Source of the DNA: Octopus vulgaris
Lineage: Eukaryota
Assembly (NCBI GenBank): GCA_951406725.2
Contig: OX597822.1
Span: forward strand, 10,540,001-10,604,000
DNA: 64,000 nt
Reading direction: 5' to 3'
Below are positions 40,515 to 56,024 of this stretch, in pieces. How positions within the stretch are numbered: the first letter of the stretch is position 1; each line of letters opens with the position of its first letter. Both the position numbers and the translations under genes were made by a program. The notes beneath the pieces are model-generated. The model did no database searches. It was not told the DNA's origin and worked only from the letters and a program-made list of their open reading frames with translations.

Positions 40515-40587
40515 AAACACAGAAATAAATAGGGAGAGAAAATTAAAAAAAATATTAAGTGGCTAGCGATCTATCATGGCGAATGCC

Positions 40588-40642
<55 letters not shown>

Positions 40643-40658
40643 TTATATATATATAGAG

Positions 40659-40738
<80 letters not shown>

Positions 40739-40911
40739 GTATATATATGTGTATATATAGGTATATATGTATGTTCCCATTTAATTTGGTTAATAATACC
40801 GAATAATCTGCATAGTGTGAGTGTGCGTTCGCGTGTGTGTGAAGGAATGTGTCTGTGTGGTTGCCTGTGGGTGCGTGCATTATGTATTGCATCACTGCTA
40901 CCTGTGGATAC

Positions 40912-41027
<116 letters not shown>

Positions 41028-41754
41028 ATGTATGTATACATACATATATGTATGTATGTATATAAATATAAGTTTTGGCCAAAATTGGCCTAGGCAGTTC
41101 TTAACCTAACACTACCACCTGGAAAAGACATTTAATGATGCTTCATATTGCAATTCTCTTCTAGGCATCATCGCCCATTCGAGTGAGTGGTTATTGTTTG
41201 CTGATATATATTCGAGTTTAGTTGGTTTATACGGGACTCATTTCTTTCTACTATAAACACAAGCCCTTCAAGCTTCAGGAACGTGGTTAGTCGATTACTT
41301 TGACAACAGAGTGTCTGTCATCGGTAATCAGACAAGAGGAAATCATCCTCGTTTGGAATAGTTCTGCTGAACACTTGAAGTTCATTTCTATACAAGGACA
41401 ATGCGATGGAATTGAGTTATGCAGTGCAATATGTCTACCACGCAAAAAACTACGAACATTTCTCGGCATGTTTCCACATCGTCTCCCGTCCGTCAAAGTT
41501 TGGCGACAATGACTTAGTCAACAGTATGTTTGAAAACGTATTTCCAATCTTCCGTGAAGTGAGATCGCACCCAATATAGGTTGTTACGAAGCAAACTCCT
41601 TAATCATGCCAGCATGTCATCTACACCTTGCTTTTGATGTTTGCTGGTGTTTTAAAGGTATTCGTAAAATGAAGGTTGGCAAAAATATATACCTAAAGCA
41701 TTAATGTTGATCTTCACAAACAAACACACACGTGTATATGTGTATATACTCTGC

Positions 41755-41890
41755 GGGATGACTGGTGTGAGAAAGGGCATCCAACCGTAAAAACCATGCC
41801 AAAACTGACACAATAACCTGGGATAGCCTTCTAACTGGCCGGCTCTTGTCAAACAGTCCAACCCCTGCCAGCACTGAAGGTGGACGTTAA

Positions 41891-41950
<60 letters not shown>
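41755..41950 (+). mobile_element. SINE-like 3' portion (family E) with (GAT)n tail
   Basis: GAAAGGGCATCCAACCGTAAAAACCATGCC...GGACGTTAAA followed by (GAT)n; the GGGCATCC..CGTAAAA motif is one I recall from metazoan SINEs. Confidence 0.6.
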
Positions 41951-41952
<2 letters not shown>

Positions 41953-43090
41953 AATGATGGTGGTGGTGGTGGTGCTGGTGCTGGTGGTGGTGGTGGTATA
42001 TATAATCTGGAAAATTAAAATAAACTTGGATAAATTATTAGTTTCAACGTACGTTTTTACCATTGCTGTTATTTGGAACAATATTGGATGTTCCAAGCGC
42101 ATTTGGATGCCTAATCCCAAAGGATCCTCAAGGGAACACTGTAGAGAAATAACAGCTAAATCTCCCTGAAATTTCACTCAGAAAATTATTCTTTATGTAA
42201 TGCCACTGATTATAGGCCTGAACAGGACTCACCTCAGGTTATACAACAACAGCAACAGCAACATCATTAGAAACTATAGACGGAATGATGGATAAGATAA
42301 ATAGTCAAGTACCGAACAGGATTCCTATGAGTACTTAGTTACGATTTAATGCACTCCTAGTTCAATTCCCATAAATGGACAATTTTATATTTCATCCCTC
42401 GAGGGTAGACAATATACGCACCATTTCAATATTACTGTAGATTTGATTGTCTACATTCGGCAGACAAAGTGTGGCCTTGTGCTTATTTGAGAAATCACAA
42501 TTATATAAAAGGAAGGCGAGGGTGAATGAAGAAATTGGTGGTGCGCCGAGCTAAATTTCCTAAGGGTATCTTGTTACCTATCATGTTGCGAACCGAGTTG
42601 GAATACTTCTGGCGGGTATGGGGTCGGCTTTATCATTTGTCCCACCGGAGTTGATATAATAAGTGGTAGTCAAGTACTGGGATCTACACCCACTCAACCA
42701 ACCCCCAAAATCTGGGGTTACGGTGCCATAAGTAGAGCCCTGTATTATGGTTGTGCTTAGAAGATATCGGAGACCTACCTTTGTGTGTGCATCAGATCAG
42801 GTTAGATTTTTAGAAGTGTTCACTCTAAATAAACGGTATTGAACTTTAATTTTTGAATATTTATAATTCTATGAATTAAGATACTTCAACCCTGATCATC
42901 CAGTCATTTTTTGTACGCAGTCCACACTACATATATTTCTTTCGTCTCTGATTCCAGTGTGTGGCTTGAGGAACATCTGTTATTTCTTGCAGATGAGCAA
43001 CCACGTCATAGCCCGTTCATTCTATTTCTTAATTCGAAGTAAAGGACAAGGAAGTAAATGATGATGATGAAGACGACGACGACAACGATC

Positions 43091-43136
<46 letters not shown>

Positions 43137-43177
43137 CTTTGATAATGATGATGATAACGACGATGATGATGATAGTG

Positions 43178-43398
43178 GTTTAAAATGTTGGCACAGGGCC
43201 ATTGGTTTTCGAGGAGAGAAGGGCAAGTCGATTACATTGACTCCAGTACTTAACTGGGTAGATATTTCATCGCCCCCGGCGAAAGGATGAACGGTAAAGT
43301 TAACCTCGGCAGAATCTGAACTCAGAGCGTAAAGTGGAAACAAATGCCGCTAAGCATTTAATCCGGCATGCAAACAATTCTGCTAGCTCGCTGCCTCA
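43178..43398 (-). mobile_element. SINE family B
   Basis: Similar to the reverse complement of 17875-18090. Confidence 0.82.
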
Positions 43399-44091
43399 GC
43401 AATAATAGTGGCAGTAATAGGTAAAATCGTTCCATAGAATACACCTTGCAGCATCTTAAGGTGGGTTTCTTGTAATAAGAATAATTTGCTTTTTATTGGT
43501 GATCGAAGCCAATTGTGTACATGGCCTTCGCAGTTTTCTCCGAATCCAATGAGACATGAGCCGTTAACGTCATTTTAAAACCTTGTTCTGGTGGGGCAAG
43601 GTCGGAAGGCGCGAGAGATATCGGTTTCTGACTGCCTGGGTACCTCAAAACAATTACCGAAAGCATGGTAGAAGCTACCAAGTCATACATATTTGGGAGT
43701 TTGAGAGTAACCGTTATGGTTTATGGTTTTATATGCTCTCTCTCTCTCTCTCACACACACATAAGTCTTGTGCGTGTGTATACATACAGACTAATGTATG
43801 TATGCATATATGTATGTATGCATGTGTGTATGCATGTATACACACACATATATTTATATATATTTATATATATATACACACATACTAAATCCATATCTTA
43901 TACTATTGATATATGCATATATACATATATATGTATACTTACATACGAACACATATTTACACATAGGTGTATGTATATATGAATATATATATAACATATA
44001 AACGTATCTATAAATACACACGTATGTGTATATATGTACATATATATATATATTCATATATATACACACATATATATACACATGTACATAC

Positions 44092-44142
<51 letters not shown>

Positions 44143-44619
44143 ACATACACATAAATATATACGTACTTATTTATACCTAAGCACACAAACATATACACAC
44201 AAATACACACGTGCGTGTTATACGTAAAATGTGTTATTAGGCAGACATCTTGGCGCCACGTCAAGTATTCGGCGAAGCGAAACAGCAATGCTTTCGATTT
44301 CCACTTGAAACCACTTCACTTTCGTCGTTAATACTTACATGGGTAAAGCATAAACCTCACAACATCCTCTCCTCTCTTTCAATAATTCATATGTTACTAA
44401 GGAAACAGTAACTAAGGCAACTATTTACAAGTTAGTCTTGGTTACTCTACTTGTGGGTGATATTTCTTGACTTCTCTCCTGATATTCTTTTTGCCTTGTT
44501 TAACACTCCCAAGTGGCTTTGGTTGAGCGTTCCATCCCGGACAATCTTGTAATATGAAGGCTATCACGGATTTAAGGTTTTTGTTCTTTTTCTTGAAATG
44601 GTACGACATCATTTGAAGT

Positions 44620-45022
44620 CTGTGGTAAGTAGCCTGCTTACCAACCACATGGTTCCAGGTTCATTCCCACGACGTGGCACCTTCGGCAAGTGTCTTCTAC
44701 TAATAGCCTCGGGCCGACCAAAACCTTGTGAGTAGATTTGGTAGAAGGAAACTGAAAGAAGCCCGTCGTATGTATGTATATATACGTATGTGTGTGTGTG
44801 ATTATGTGTGTGTATTTATGTGTCTGTGTTTGTCCCCCGAATATCGCTTGACAACTGATGGTGGTGTGTTTACATCCCCATAACTTAGCGGGTCGGAAAA
44901 AGAGACCGATAGAATAAGCACAAGGCTTGCAATGAATAAGTCCTGAGATCGATTTGCTCGACTAAAGGCGGTGCTCCAGCATGGCCACAGTCAATTGGCT
45001 GAAACAAGTAAAAGAGTAAAAG
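44620..45022 (+). mobile_element. SINE family A
   Basis: Collinear with 26107-26514. Confidence 0.9.
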
Positions 45023-45485
45023 AGAGAGAGAGAGAGAGGGTAAAGAGTACTATTTCTAATCCATCGCAGAATCACGTATTCCGCGATGTTTATTGTTGTT
45101 TTTTAACGGTAAATCATGGCGAAGCGAGTAGACTTATGATCAAAGAAGATCCATCTATGACCTTCACGTTTTTCCATTTTTTTACGTATCTTTTCTTGTC
45201 ACAGTCTATCATGAACTACATTATCTAGTGTCACCTTCACGTTTTAGTTTGAAAGTTTGTAGTTTGTATTTTGAGAGATATTTGATTGCAGCGTCTTGTT
45301 CATATGGACCCCGTGGAGATGAGGCAGCATCCTTGGTTTGCTGTTTTCTCCTTGTTGGTATTGTTGCTGTTCATGCTGTTGCTGTTGTTGTTTCTGCTAT
45401 TGGTGGTGATGGTGGTGGTGGTGGTGGTGGTAGTTAAAACCTTACTCGCAAAGGATATAATAGATATTCATAAGAACTGTATATA

Positions 45486-45953
45486 GGTGCTGGTGTGGTT
45501 GAGGGGTTAAGAAGCGCACTTTGAAACGACGTGGTTTGGAGTTCGGTCCGACTGAACGGTACATTATGTGTCTTCTACTATAGCCCCGGGCCGACCACTG
45601 CCTTGCGGCTTTGTGGGTGTATCTAATAGACGGGAACTGAGAAGAAGCCCATTGTATGTGAGTGTGTGTGTGTGTGTGTGTGTGCGTGTGTATGTGTAAA
45701 TATTACATACATACATACATATGTATATGCTTATATGTCTAAATGTGTGTACCTATCTGTTTGGCCCACCATCACCATCTGGTAACCAGTGATGACTTGG
45801 TTACATCCCTACAACATCCAATAGGATAAGTACCATACTTTAAAATAATCACTGTGTGAGGCGGGGTGGGTCATTGTTCACCGCCTAAACCCTTCAAGGC
45901 GATGCTCCAGTTTAGCCACAGTCCAATAACTGAAACTAGGGGAAAATAAAAGA
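45486..45953 (+). mobile_element. SINE family A, old diverged copy
   Basis: TGTCTTCTACTATAGCCCCGGGCCGACC and GGCGATGCTCCAG...CCACAGTC..ACTGAAAC retained. Confidence 0.75.
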
Positions 45954-46033
45954 TCTACAGACCCGTATGCAGCACCATCTTAAGGCAAGGGCGCAGAGGG
46001 TACGCTCTCCAGTGCGCCATGGTTCCGGTACTC

Positions 46034-46233
46034 TCTTTTACTCTTTTACTTGTTTCAGTCATTTGACAGCGGTCATGCTGGAGCACCGCCTTTAGTCGAG
46101 CAAATCGACCCCGGGACTTATTCTTTGTAAGCCTAGTACTTATTCTATCGGTCTCTTTTGCCGAACCGCTAAGTGACGGGGACGTAAACACACCAGCATC
46201 GGTTGTCAAGCAATGCTAGGGGGACAAACGCAG

Positions 46234-46266
<33 letters not shown>

Positions 46267-46438
46267 CATATATACGACAGGCTTCTTTCAGTTTCCGTCT
46301 ACCAAATCCGCTTACAAGGCTTTGGTCGACCCGGGGCTATAGCAGAAGACACTTGCCCAAGATGCCACGAAGTGGGACTGAACCCGGAACCATGTAGCTG
46401 GTTAGCAAGCTACTTACCACACAGCCACTGCTGCGCCT
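46034..46438 (-). mobile_element. SINE family A, full length
   Basis: Near-consensus reverse complement. Confidence 0.93.
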
Positions 46439-47097
46439 AATGTTAATCTATGTTTATGATGGTTTCTATCAATAATTAACTCCTATCCGCGCTAGCCCTC
46501 CAGGGTGGATGCTACAACCCTTTTACACGGCCATGTCTATATATAACAAACCCAGACGTGTTAAGCGGCGGTTCTGGGGGGTAATTCGCTTGCTACAACA
46601 AGCAGTCCATATACCTCGAATGTGCACGCTAGTTTTTCAGAAAATAAGGATTGTGCATAGCCGGGAAATAATGATGCAACCGCCCATCATGGTATGAAGT
46701 CAGAAGAGTGTAGCAGAGGCAACGGAGCACCGAACTAGTATGGTTTGTGTAGTTGCCAACGGCTTTTATGTTTTTGATTATAGGCATGTTCCGTCAATGG
46801 TGCGGTCAAGTAATGTAACGCTGCTTAAGGTCAGTTACCCTCCTGTCCAAAGGATGAGGCACTTCATCTAATTGGTTTCAAAATTTGGCACTAGGCCAAC
46901 AATTTTGTAGGAGGTGTTAAGTCAATTACATCGACACCAATGTTCAACTGGTACTTATTTTAACGACCCGAAAAGAATGACAGGTAAAGTCGACCTCAGC
47001 GGAATTCGACGAAATGGAGCTAAGCACTTTGCCCGGCGTGCTAGCGTTTCTGCCAGCTCGCTGCCTTGAGGCACCACATCATATTCAAAACAATAAT

Positions 47098-47496
47098 CGT
47101 TTCTACACCTGGCACAAGGCCCTGAATTTTAGGGGAGGGGGACAGTTGATTACATCGACCCCAGTACGCAACTGGTGCTTAATTTATCGACCCCGAGGGG
47201 TTGAAAGGGCAAAGTCGACCTCAGCGGAATCTGAACTCCGAACGTAAAGAGAGACGAAATACCTATTTCTTTACTACCCACAAGGGGCTAAACACTGAGA
47301 AGACAAACAATGACAAACAAACGGATTAAGTGGATTATATCGACCCCAGTGCGTAACTGGTACTTATTTAATCAACCTCGAAAGGATGAAAGGCAAAGTC
47401 GACCTCGGCGGAATTTGAACTCAGAACGTGACGGCAGACGAAATACCGCTAAGCATTTCGCCCGGCGTGCTAACGTTTCTACCAGCTCGCCGCCTA
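47098..47496 (-). mobile_element. Composite (1.5-mer) SINE family B with 17-bp TSD
   Basis: ATATTCAAAACAATAAT at 47081-47097 and 47497-47513; another B copy lies adjacent at 46870-47067. Confidence 0.9.
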
Positions 47497-48104
47497 ATAT
47501 TCAAAACAATAATAGAACGTAAATGACAAAAAATACGGAAAAATGAGCAAAAATTTATTGCGGAACGAGGTGGTCCCTAATGGCCTAAAACAAACTGAAG
47601 AATTATATTTTATTTCAGATGAAAAATAAAAAAATAAATGAATGCGTGTGCAAGTATATACACGACACGCAAAGATGAATTCATGCATACATAACAACAT
47701 ATACACATACATACAGACATGCGTACATACCTAAATATGAATACATACGCTGGCGCATAAATGTATATATATTTATACATACGTATATACATACACGCGC
47801 GCACATCATCAGCATTTAACATATATACTATACTATACATACATACATACATACGCGCGCATACACACATATATATATATTGTAAGTATATATATTTTAT
47901 TATATTATATCATATTATATATGTATGCACATATATATAGATATACGTGTGTGTGTGTACGTGTGCCTGTGTGTATGTATAAATGTAAACAGATACACAT
48001 AAATATTTTGTGTGCGTGTTTGTGTAGGTGTATATGTCAGTATATTTAAAATGATAAAATCTGCATGCATGTATGTGTGTGTATGTATGTACGTATGTAT
48101 GTAG

Positions 48105-48160
<56 letters not shown>

Positions 48161-49138
48161 TATATATATATATTATATATAAACGACATAAAATCTCATG
48201 TGTGCGTATATATATATATACACGCATATGTTGTGTATGCAGATGTGTATAGCTGTATGCCTGTATATGTATACAATCATATAATTAATAAATAAGCTAA
48301 TTGTTTTTACAAACAAATGCCATTTTGTAATTATTACGTGATCATTATGGCGTAGAGAGTTGGAGAGTGGAGGGTATATATAGAAACAATAGAGAGAGGG
48401 CACCGGACTAGAATGGTTATTCTCGTGATATATTAAAACTTATAGTGTTCTTGCTTTATTGAATTCTCGCTTCGTTTCTCGTACCATTCAGACTCAAGTT
48501 TTATTTATATAGTTAATTGAGCATTCATCTGCTTTATATTTCGGCCTTGTGTACCCCTGTTGTGCTTGATTATGTAAGAGATTAATTAGAAAACTGGTGG
48601 GGGTGGTTTTCAAGAGTTTGCTGAAGTGGCCAAAACATGTCTGGCTAACAAAGAAACCTCTATGTGGTCATACATCTTGCTAAAAATAACAGCTAAATTT
48701 CACAAAGTTTACATGAAATCGTCAAGATAGAAAAGAAAGAATTAGAAAAAGAAGAATGAAGAAAGTATGATGCAATGAATAACTGTTTCTATCCGTTTGT
48801 CTGTCATTTATTGCATGTGATACACGGGATATATCACGGGATATATACATCATATATGATATACAGTCCCAATTTTTTCAACCACTGGAGGAACTTGGAA
48901 ATTAGGAAATGAAAGCTCAAAATGTATGAATGAAGTCTGAAAACAAGCATGGATGTTTTATAAAAAACATTTGGACAGGTAAAGGGTCACCATAGACTGC
49001 CCACGGCCTGAAATTTTCGGAGAAGGGTAGATCAATTATATCGGCCGCAGTACATGAAGCGGGATTTACTTCGTTGACCTACAGAGGATGAAGTGCAAAG
49101 TTGATCTGCACAGGATTTGAACTCGGAACGAAAAGACC

Positions 49139-49213
<75 letters not shown>

Positions 49214-49214
49214 C

Positions 49215-49246
<32 letters not shown>

Positions 49247-49267
49247 ATCTATCTATCTATCTTTCTA

Positions 49268-49334
<67 letters not shown>

Positions 49335-50337
49335 TTGTCTGTCTGTCAATTTCACTATCTGCTTGTCTTTTTTGTATATATCTTGGCATCGTACGACATT
49401 TTTCTTCTACCCTATTCAAAACCCATTATCATACTGTTACTATTTTATAGCTTCATCGTCATCGAATGTCACTGTCAAAAAATATTAACAACTTCATTCA
49501 TATCTCTCGAAGAATCTAAACTCCTAAAGTTATAATCACGTAGATATACAAACATACGTACACACGCGCGCGCGCACATACATACATGTATGTAAGTATA
49601 TATATATATATATATATATAAATATATATATGTATGTATACACACTCACATACATATACACGCACAAACATACTCAGATATGTAAATAAAAAGATGGGAC
49701 GGTCACAGCTGGAACAAGTTTACTCGCACGGAGGTCAATTCAATCATGGCGGACGTCGATCGAAACAACATCAGGAGGTAACGATATGAAAACATCCGAT
49801 ATTTTTAAACATGTGACCCACTACAAGGAGACCTACGTCGTGAGATCAAATCACATTAATAAACAACTTTCTAACAGCTTAATGAGTAAAATATTCTAAA
49901 CACAAGGCCTCCTGAAACGGAAGAGTTTATTTTTAAATACAGTAAACGCCACACCCAGTGAAGACTTATTTATGGGCTTACTGACGGCAACCGCATTAAG
50001 GAGGTACTATATGTATATTTATACATATATATATAAATATATATATATGTATGTAGCTTTCTACATCGATAGTTATATTTCCTTCTGTCTCACAAGCATG
50101 TGTAAATGTATTCTGTTTAAGGGTAAGTTTGTGTGTATTCAAGTTAGTTTTAAATATTCGCCTTTACTTAATAATCTTTCTAAATATGCCATTCCGTTTC
50201 TAAACTACTATATCGAATACGGGATCCGAGAATATATTTTTCTTAATGCCAGCTTAATGGACAATGAATATCCTGTTTATCTACGTGTGTGTATTTGTGC
50301 GCATATATGCAAGCATGCATGCGTACATATTCACATT

Positions 50338-50407
<70 letters not shown>

Positions 50408-50420
50408 GATATATATATAA

Positions 50421-50542
50421 CCTGATGATTTCTTTTGAATGAAACAGTTCTAGTCCTGTAGAAGCTCCTTCTATAAAATAAATTAATTTACTCTGCTATG
50501 TATTGAGTACCTTATTTACTGTGGTTAACCCCGACTCAACCC

Positions 50543-50546
<4 letters not shown>
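50421..50546 (+). mobile_element. 5'-truncated HHR mini-element (same family as 53979-54165)
   Basis: Near-identical to 54040-54165; starts at CCTGATGA and lacks the 5' strand of stem I. Confidence 0.8.
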
Positions 50547-50636
<90 letters not shown>

Positions 50637-50900
50637 TACATATATATATATTAATAGATAGATAGACAGATATAAATAAACATACATACATACACATATT
50701 CATGTACAAATATATCATTATATTTCGACTTTACATTTGTAAACACTAATGTTTTATATTTTGACAAAACAAGAGGGATTTCACTCTAAGAGCAACACTT
50801 GCAACTCTGGGTCGCCAGATAAAGTACCAAGAAGAATTTGGTGGGAGTCAATTTCTTTATGTCCATCTTTTGTCTATGATTATTTGTGTGTGTGTGTCTG

Positions 50901-51078
<178 letters not shown>

Positions 51079-51220
51079 GTATATATATATAATATATATA
51101 TATATGTAAATATATAGATATATAAGTACACACATATATATATACATACATATATATATATATATATGTATATATATACATATATAATAAATACATATAT
51201 ATCTAAATATATATATATAC

Positions 51221-51334
<114 letters not shown>

Positions 51335-51802
51335 ATATATATATATATATACATACACACACATTGTAACAAAAATAATATATTTATGTAAGAATGAAAT
51401 TAAAGATTTTTGTAGGGAAAATATTCATAGGTTATTACATCTCACGAGGGTCATAATGCCAATAATAAACACGCACAGTTTTTTTTTTATGCCCAAATTT
51501 GTGTGTTATTATTATTGACATAAGGAACCTCTCCAGATACAGCACAATCTGTTTCACAACAAAAGTTCACCTCAAGACACAAATGACAATCACATTTTTT
51601 CATGGTGGCACTGACAATCACACTCACGCACACCCACAACCACACATATATACATGTGTGGACTTGTATGTAAATAAGTATGTATATATACATCTATATA
51701 CATATATATAAATATATGTATGTATATGAATATGTGTGTGTGTATATATATATTTAGGTATATGCATAAATTTATTTATGTATATATATATATATGTATG
51801 TG

Positions 51803-51840
<38 letters not shown>

Positions 51841-52439
51841 TATATTTGCATATATACATGTGTGCGTGCGTGTATGTATATATATATATATATGCATATG
51901 CATGCACACACAGACACACACACACACATATATATATACGCACTCTCACAAGAAAAAGAGAGAGTGAAAGAGAGGTGGAGAGTTATTTTACGGTGATATT
52001 TATTTATATGAATACAAGTTTAAGTAGATTGTATGACACTTAATTTACCCAGGGTGACACTCATACTTAGATACACACACACGCACACACAAATACACAC
52101 ACACACACACACACGAGATTAATGCGTATTGTGCGAGGTAACTTCGATATGAATAAGTTACGTGTGTGTGTGGGTGTGTGTGTGTTTATTGTGAAGAATG
52201 TAGTTTTGTAAGGCCAGAACAAAGCGAGTAGGCACAAAGTAAGCTACAAAAAAGAAAGAAGACAGAAGAAAGTTGTAGTTTTACCTTGCATTTCCATCAT
52301 TCGGGATAAAATGTTTCCGAATGTCTTGAAGATGAGGTTTTCAACCCGAAATATTAATTTCTACTTTCTCGCATTGTTCCGGCCTTACACAAATACTTTC
52401 TTTGAAGTTACACCTCAGAATGCTTCACCTGAAGTACCT

Positions 52440-52497
<58 letters not shown>

Positions 52498-52609
52498 GGA
52501 TTCAATCCTAAATCTGATTTTTCCCTGTAAGTTTGGTTTTATTCCCTAATATTTATTATTATATATATATATACATATTTACATACATATATATATATGT
52601 ATATATATA

Positions 52610-52716
<107 letters not shown>

Positions 52717-53314
52717 CATCATTATTTTATATATATAGAACTCTATAGATAATTATTATGTATCATATGTGAATAAAATACAAATTATAGAATATACATT
52801 ATTATAAATGCAAACATATACACACATACTCACACAGTTATATACACTCATACACATATACACTCATACACATATACACGCATACACACATACTCACACA
52901 CTTATATATACTCATACACATAATGGTATAGGTAGTAGTATTCGTTTCAAATTTGCCTCAAAGCCAGCCATTTCCGGGGACGGAGTAAATCTATTGCATC
53001 GAAGCCAGTCGACCTCGGCTGAATTTGAACTCAGAACATAATGACGTTAAGGATTTTGCCCATTATGCCAACTCACCTGTTTTGATATATGTAGAAATAT
53101 TCATTTCAAATTTTGAAACAAGGCCTGCAATTTCAAGGGAGGTATAAGCCGATTACATCGACCCCAGAACACAACTGGTACCTATTTTATCGATCCCGAA
53201 GATGAAAAGTAAAGTCAACGAAATGATGTAAAGCATTCCTTCCGGCGCTTTAAGGCTTCTACCAGGATATTTGGCTTAATAGATGTAGAAATATATGTAT
53301 TGCTGTAAATATAC

Positions 53315-53398
<84 letters not shown>

Positions 53399-53404
53399 GT
53401 ATAT

Positions 53405-53781
53405 AGGCACAGGAGTGGCTGTGTGGTAAGTACCTTGCCACATGGTTCCGGGTTCAGTCCCACTGCGTGACACCTTGGGCAAGTGTCTTCTACTATAGCT
53501 TCGGGCCGACCAAACCCTTGTGGGTGGATTTAGTAGACGGAAACTGAAAGAAGCCCGTCGTATATATATGTGTGTGTGAGTTTGTGTGTCTGTGTTTGTC
53601 CCTCCAACATCGCCTGACAACCGATGGTGGTGTGTTTACGTCCCCGTAACTTAGCGGTTCGGCAAAAGAGACCGATAGAATAAGTAACTAGGCTTACAAA
53701 GAATAAGTCCTGGGGTCGATTTGCTCGACTAAAGGCGGTGCTCCAGCATGGCCGCAGTCAAATGACTGAAACTAGTAAAAG
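53405..53781 (+). mobile_element. SINE family A
   Basis: Near-consensus head, body and tail. Confidence 0.92.
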
Positions 53782-54036
53782 GGTATATATGTATATATGT
53801 ATATGCATCAATATATCTATCTACGTGAATATGTTTATGTAGACACATATATAATATATATATACATATATATATAACTGAATGAATGAATATGTATATG
53901 CGTATGCGCGCGCACGATTGCGTGTGCTTTGTGCATATTTATGTATAATTATATATATATATATATATATATTTATTTATTTATTTTATAGAGGAGTTTC
54001 TACAGGACTAGAACTGTTTCATTCAAATGAAATCAT

Positions 54037-54083
54037 CTTCCTGATGATTTCATTTGAATGAAACAGTTCTAGTCCTGTAGAAG
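54037..54083 (+). ncRNA. Type I hammerhead ribozyme in foldback element 53979-54165
   Basis: CTTC-CTGATGA-t TTCA tt TGAA t-GAAA-CAG ttctagtc CTG-TA-GAAG; all three stems can form. Confidence 0.82.
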
Positions 54084-54174
54084 CTCCTTCTATAAAATAA
54101 ATTAATTTACTCTGCTATGTATTGAGTACCTTATTTACTGTGGTTAACCCCGACTCAACCCGGGATCTACATAT

Positions 54175-54233
<59 letters not shown>

Positions 54234-54839
54234 TATATATGTATTTGGAAGATGGTGGATATATCTGGTTTTGAAAAGACACACGCACACATATTAACGA
54301 ATGCATAAATATACATACATGCATACATACACAAATACATATGTGTGCGTGTGTATATATAATTATAGAATTATATATATGTACATATATATATATGTAA
54401 TGTATATACATATAGTTACATGAATATGAATATAAACATATAAGCTCATATAAATATGTACATGCATATATAGATACGCACACACACACAGCCAAACATA
54501 CTAAGACACACTCACAAAAACACACACAGACACGCTACACTAGTTCAGATAACAAGTGCAAACACGTTCACGTCACAAATGTTATAATAGTACACTAGTA
54601 TAATTTATAGACCTATGTAGCTGATAGTAGGCAGGTATAGATGAATGTAGATATATTTATATAGACCAGGACATACGTAACCCACAGTTTGTCATGTCAC
54701 AGCAGGAGGTTGTCTATATAAATATGTGTGCGCACGGGTTGTGTGTTTGTGTGTGAGCACGTGCGAGTGCGCATCTCCCTCTCTCTTGCTATCTATATGA
54801 ATATATGGATGTATGCATGTGTATACATACATACATACA

Positions 54840-54880
<41 letters not shown>

Positions 54881-55067
54881 AGAAACACTACCTTTTAGTG
54901 CCTTACTACTTTACACACACACCGGTTCGATTTCCGCCCATCATTTTTTTTCTAAAATTTTCGTTGCGTCTTGCAAAGACACTACTAAGGTAATAAATGA
55001 AAATGTCACAAAATATGCATTAACAGGCTAATTCACATGAAGAATACTGCAAATCAAATATTAAAAC

Positions 55068-55115
<48 letters not shown>

Positions 55116-55397
55116 ATATATATACACGTATATTTTCTCTTTTTATTCTCGAGAACTACCCAACATATTTCATTCAAATTTAACAAATGCCTTATTTAGG
55201 ATCCATGCAGTGACATGGCCCAAGAAAATCTTTCAACGTCTTGCTTAATGCAAGCCAGGAGCAATCTCTATCTCTTACACTATTTCAATATTTATATGTC
55301 AAAAGTGAAACAATAATACCTCTAATGTAATGTGAGATATTACTTTCAGTTTTAATAGTGAAACTATTCATACTTTCACTATGTGTGTGTGTGTGTG

Positions 55398-55442
<45 letters not shown>

Positions 55443-55492
55443 GTACATATATATGTATAAATATGCCTATTTTGTGTGTATATATATGTATG

Positions 55493-55563
<71 letters not shown>

Positions 55564-55591
55564 CGTTTGTGTGTGTGTGTGTGTATTGTGT

Positions 55592-55632
<41 letters not shown>

Positions 55633-55636
<4 letters not shown>

Positions 55637-55917
55637 ATTATAATAATGAGGGTTTTTTGCAACAAGTTGCTTAAACCACATACCGAAAATTATTTTGTCT
55701 GTGGAGACTTATATTTGTAGTAAAAGTAAATAGTAGTCTTTTGGCTGCTATTTCTAAAATTTTCGGTATGTGGTTTAAGCAACTTATTGCAAAAACCCTT
55801 ATTATTATAATTATATAATTTTTACTGAATATGGTCTTTTCCATACCGAAATACTACTAGGTAAAATTTGTTGATTTTATTAAATTAATTATATTTCACC
55901 CTTTATCTGTAATGACT
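55633..55917. repeat. Foldback insert: ~58-bp arms plus tail
   Basis: 55633-55691 is inverted at 55758-55815 (GTTGCTTAAACCACATACCGAAAATT / AATTTTCGGTATGTGGTTTAAGCAAC). Confidence 0.85.
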
Positions 55918-55948
55918 ATATATATATGTATGTATATATATATGTATG

Positions 55949-56024
<76 letters not shown>

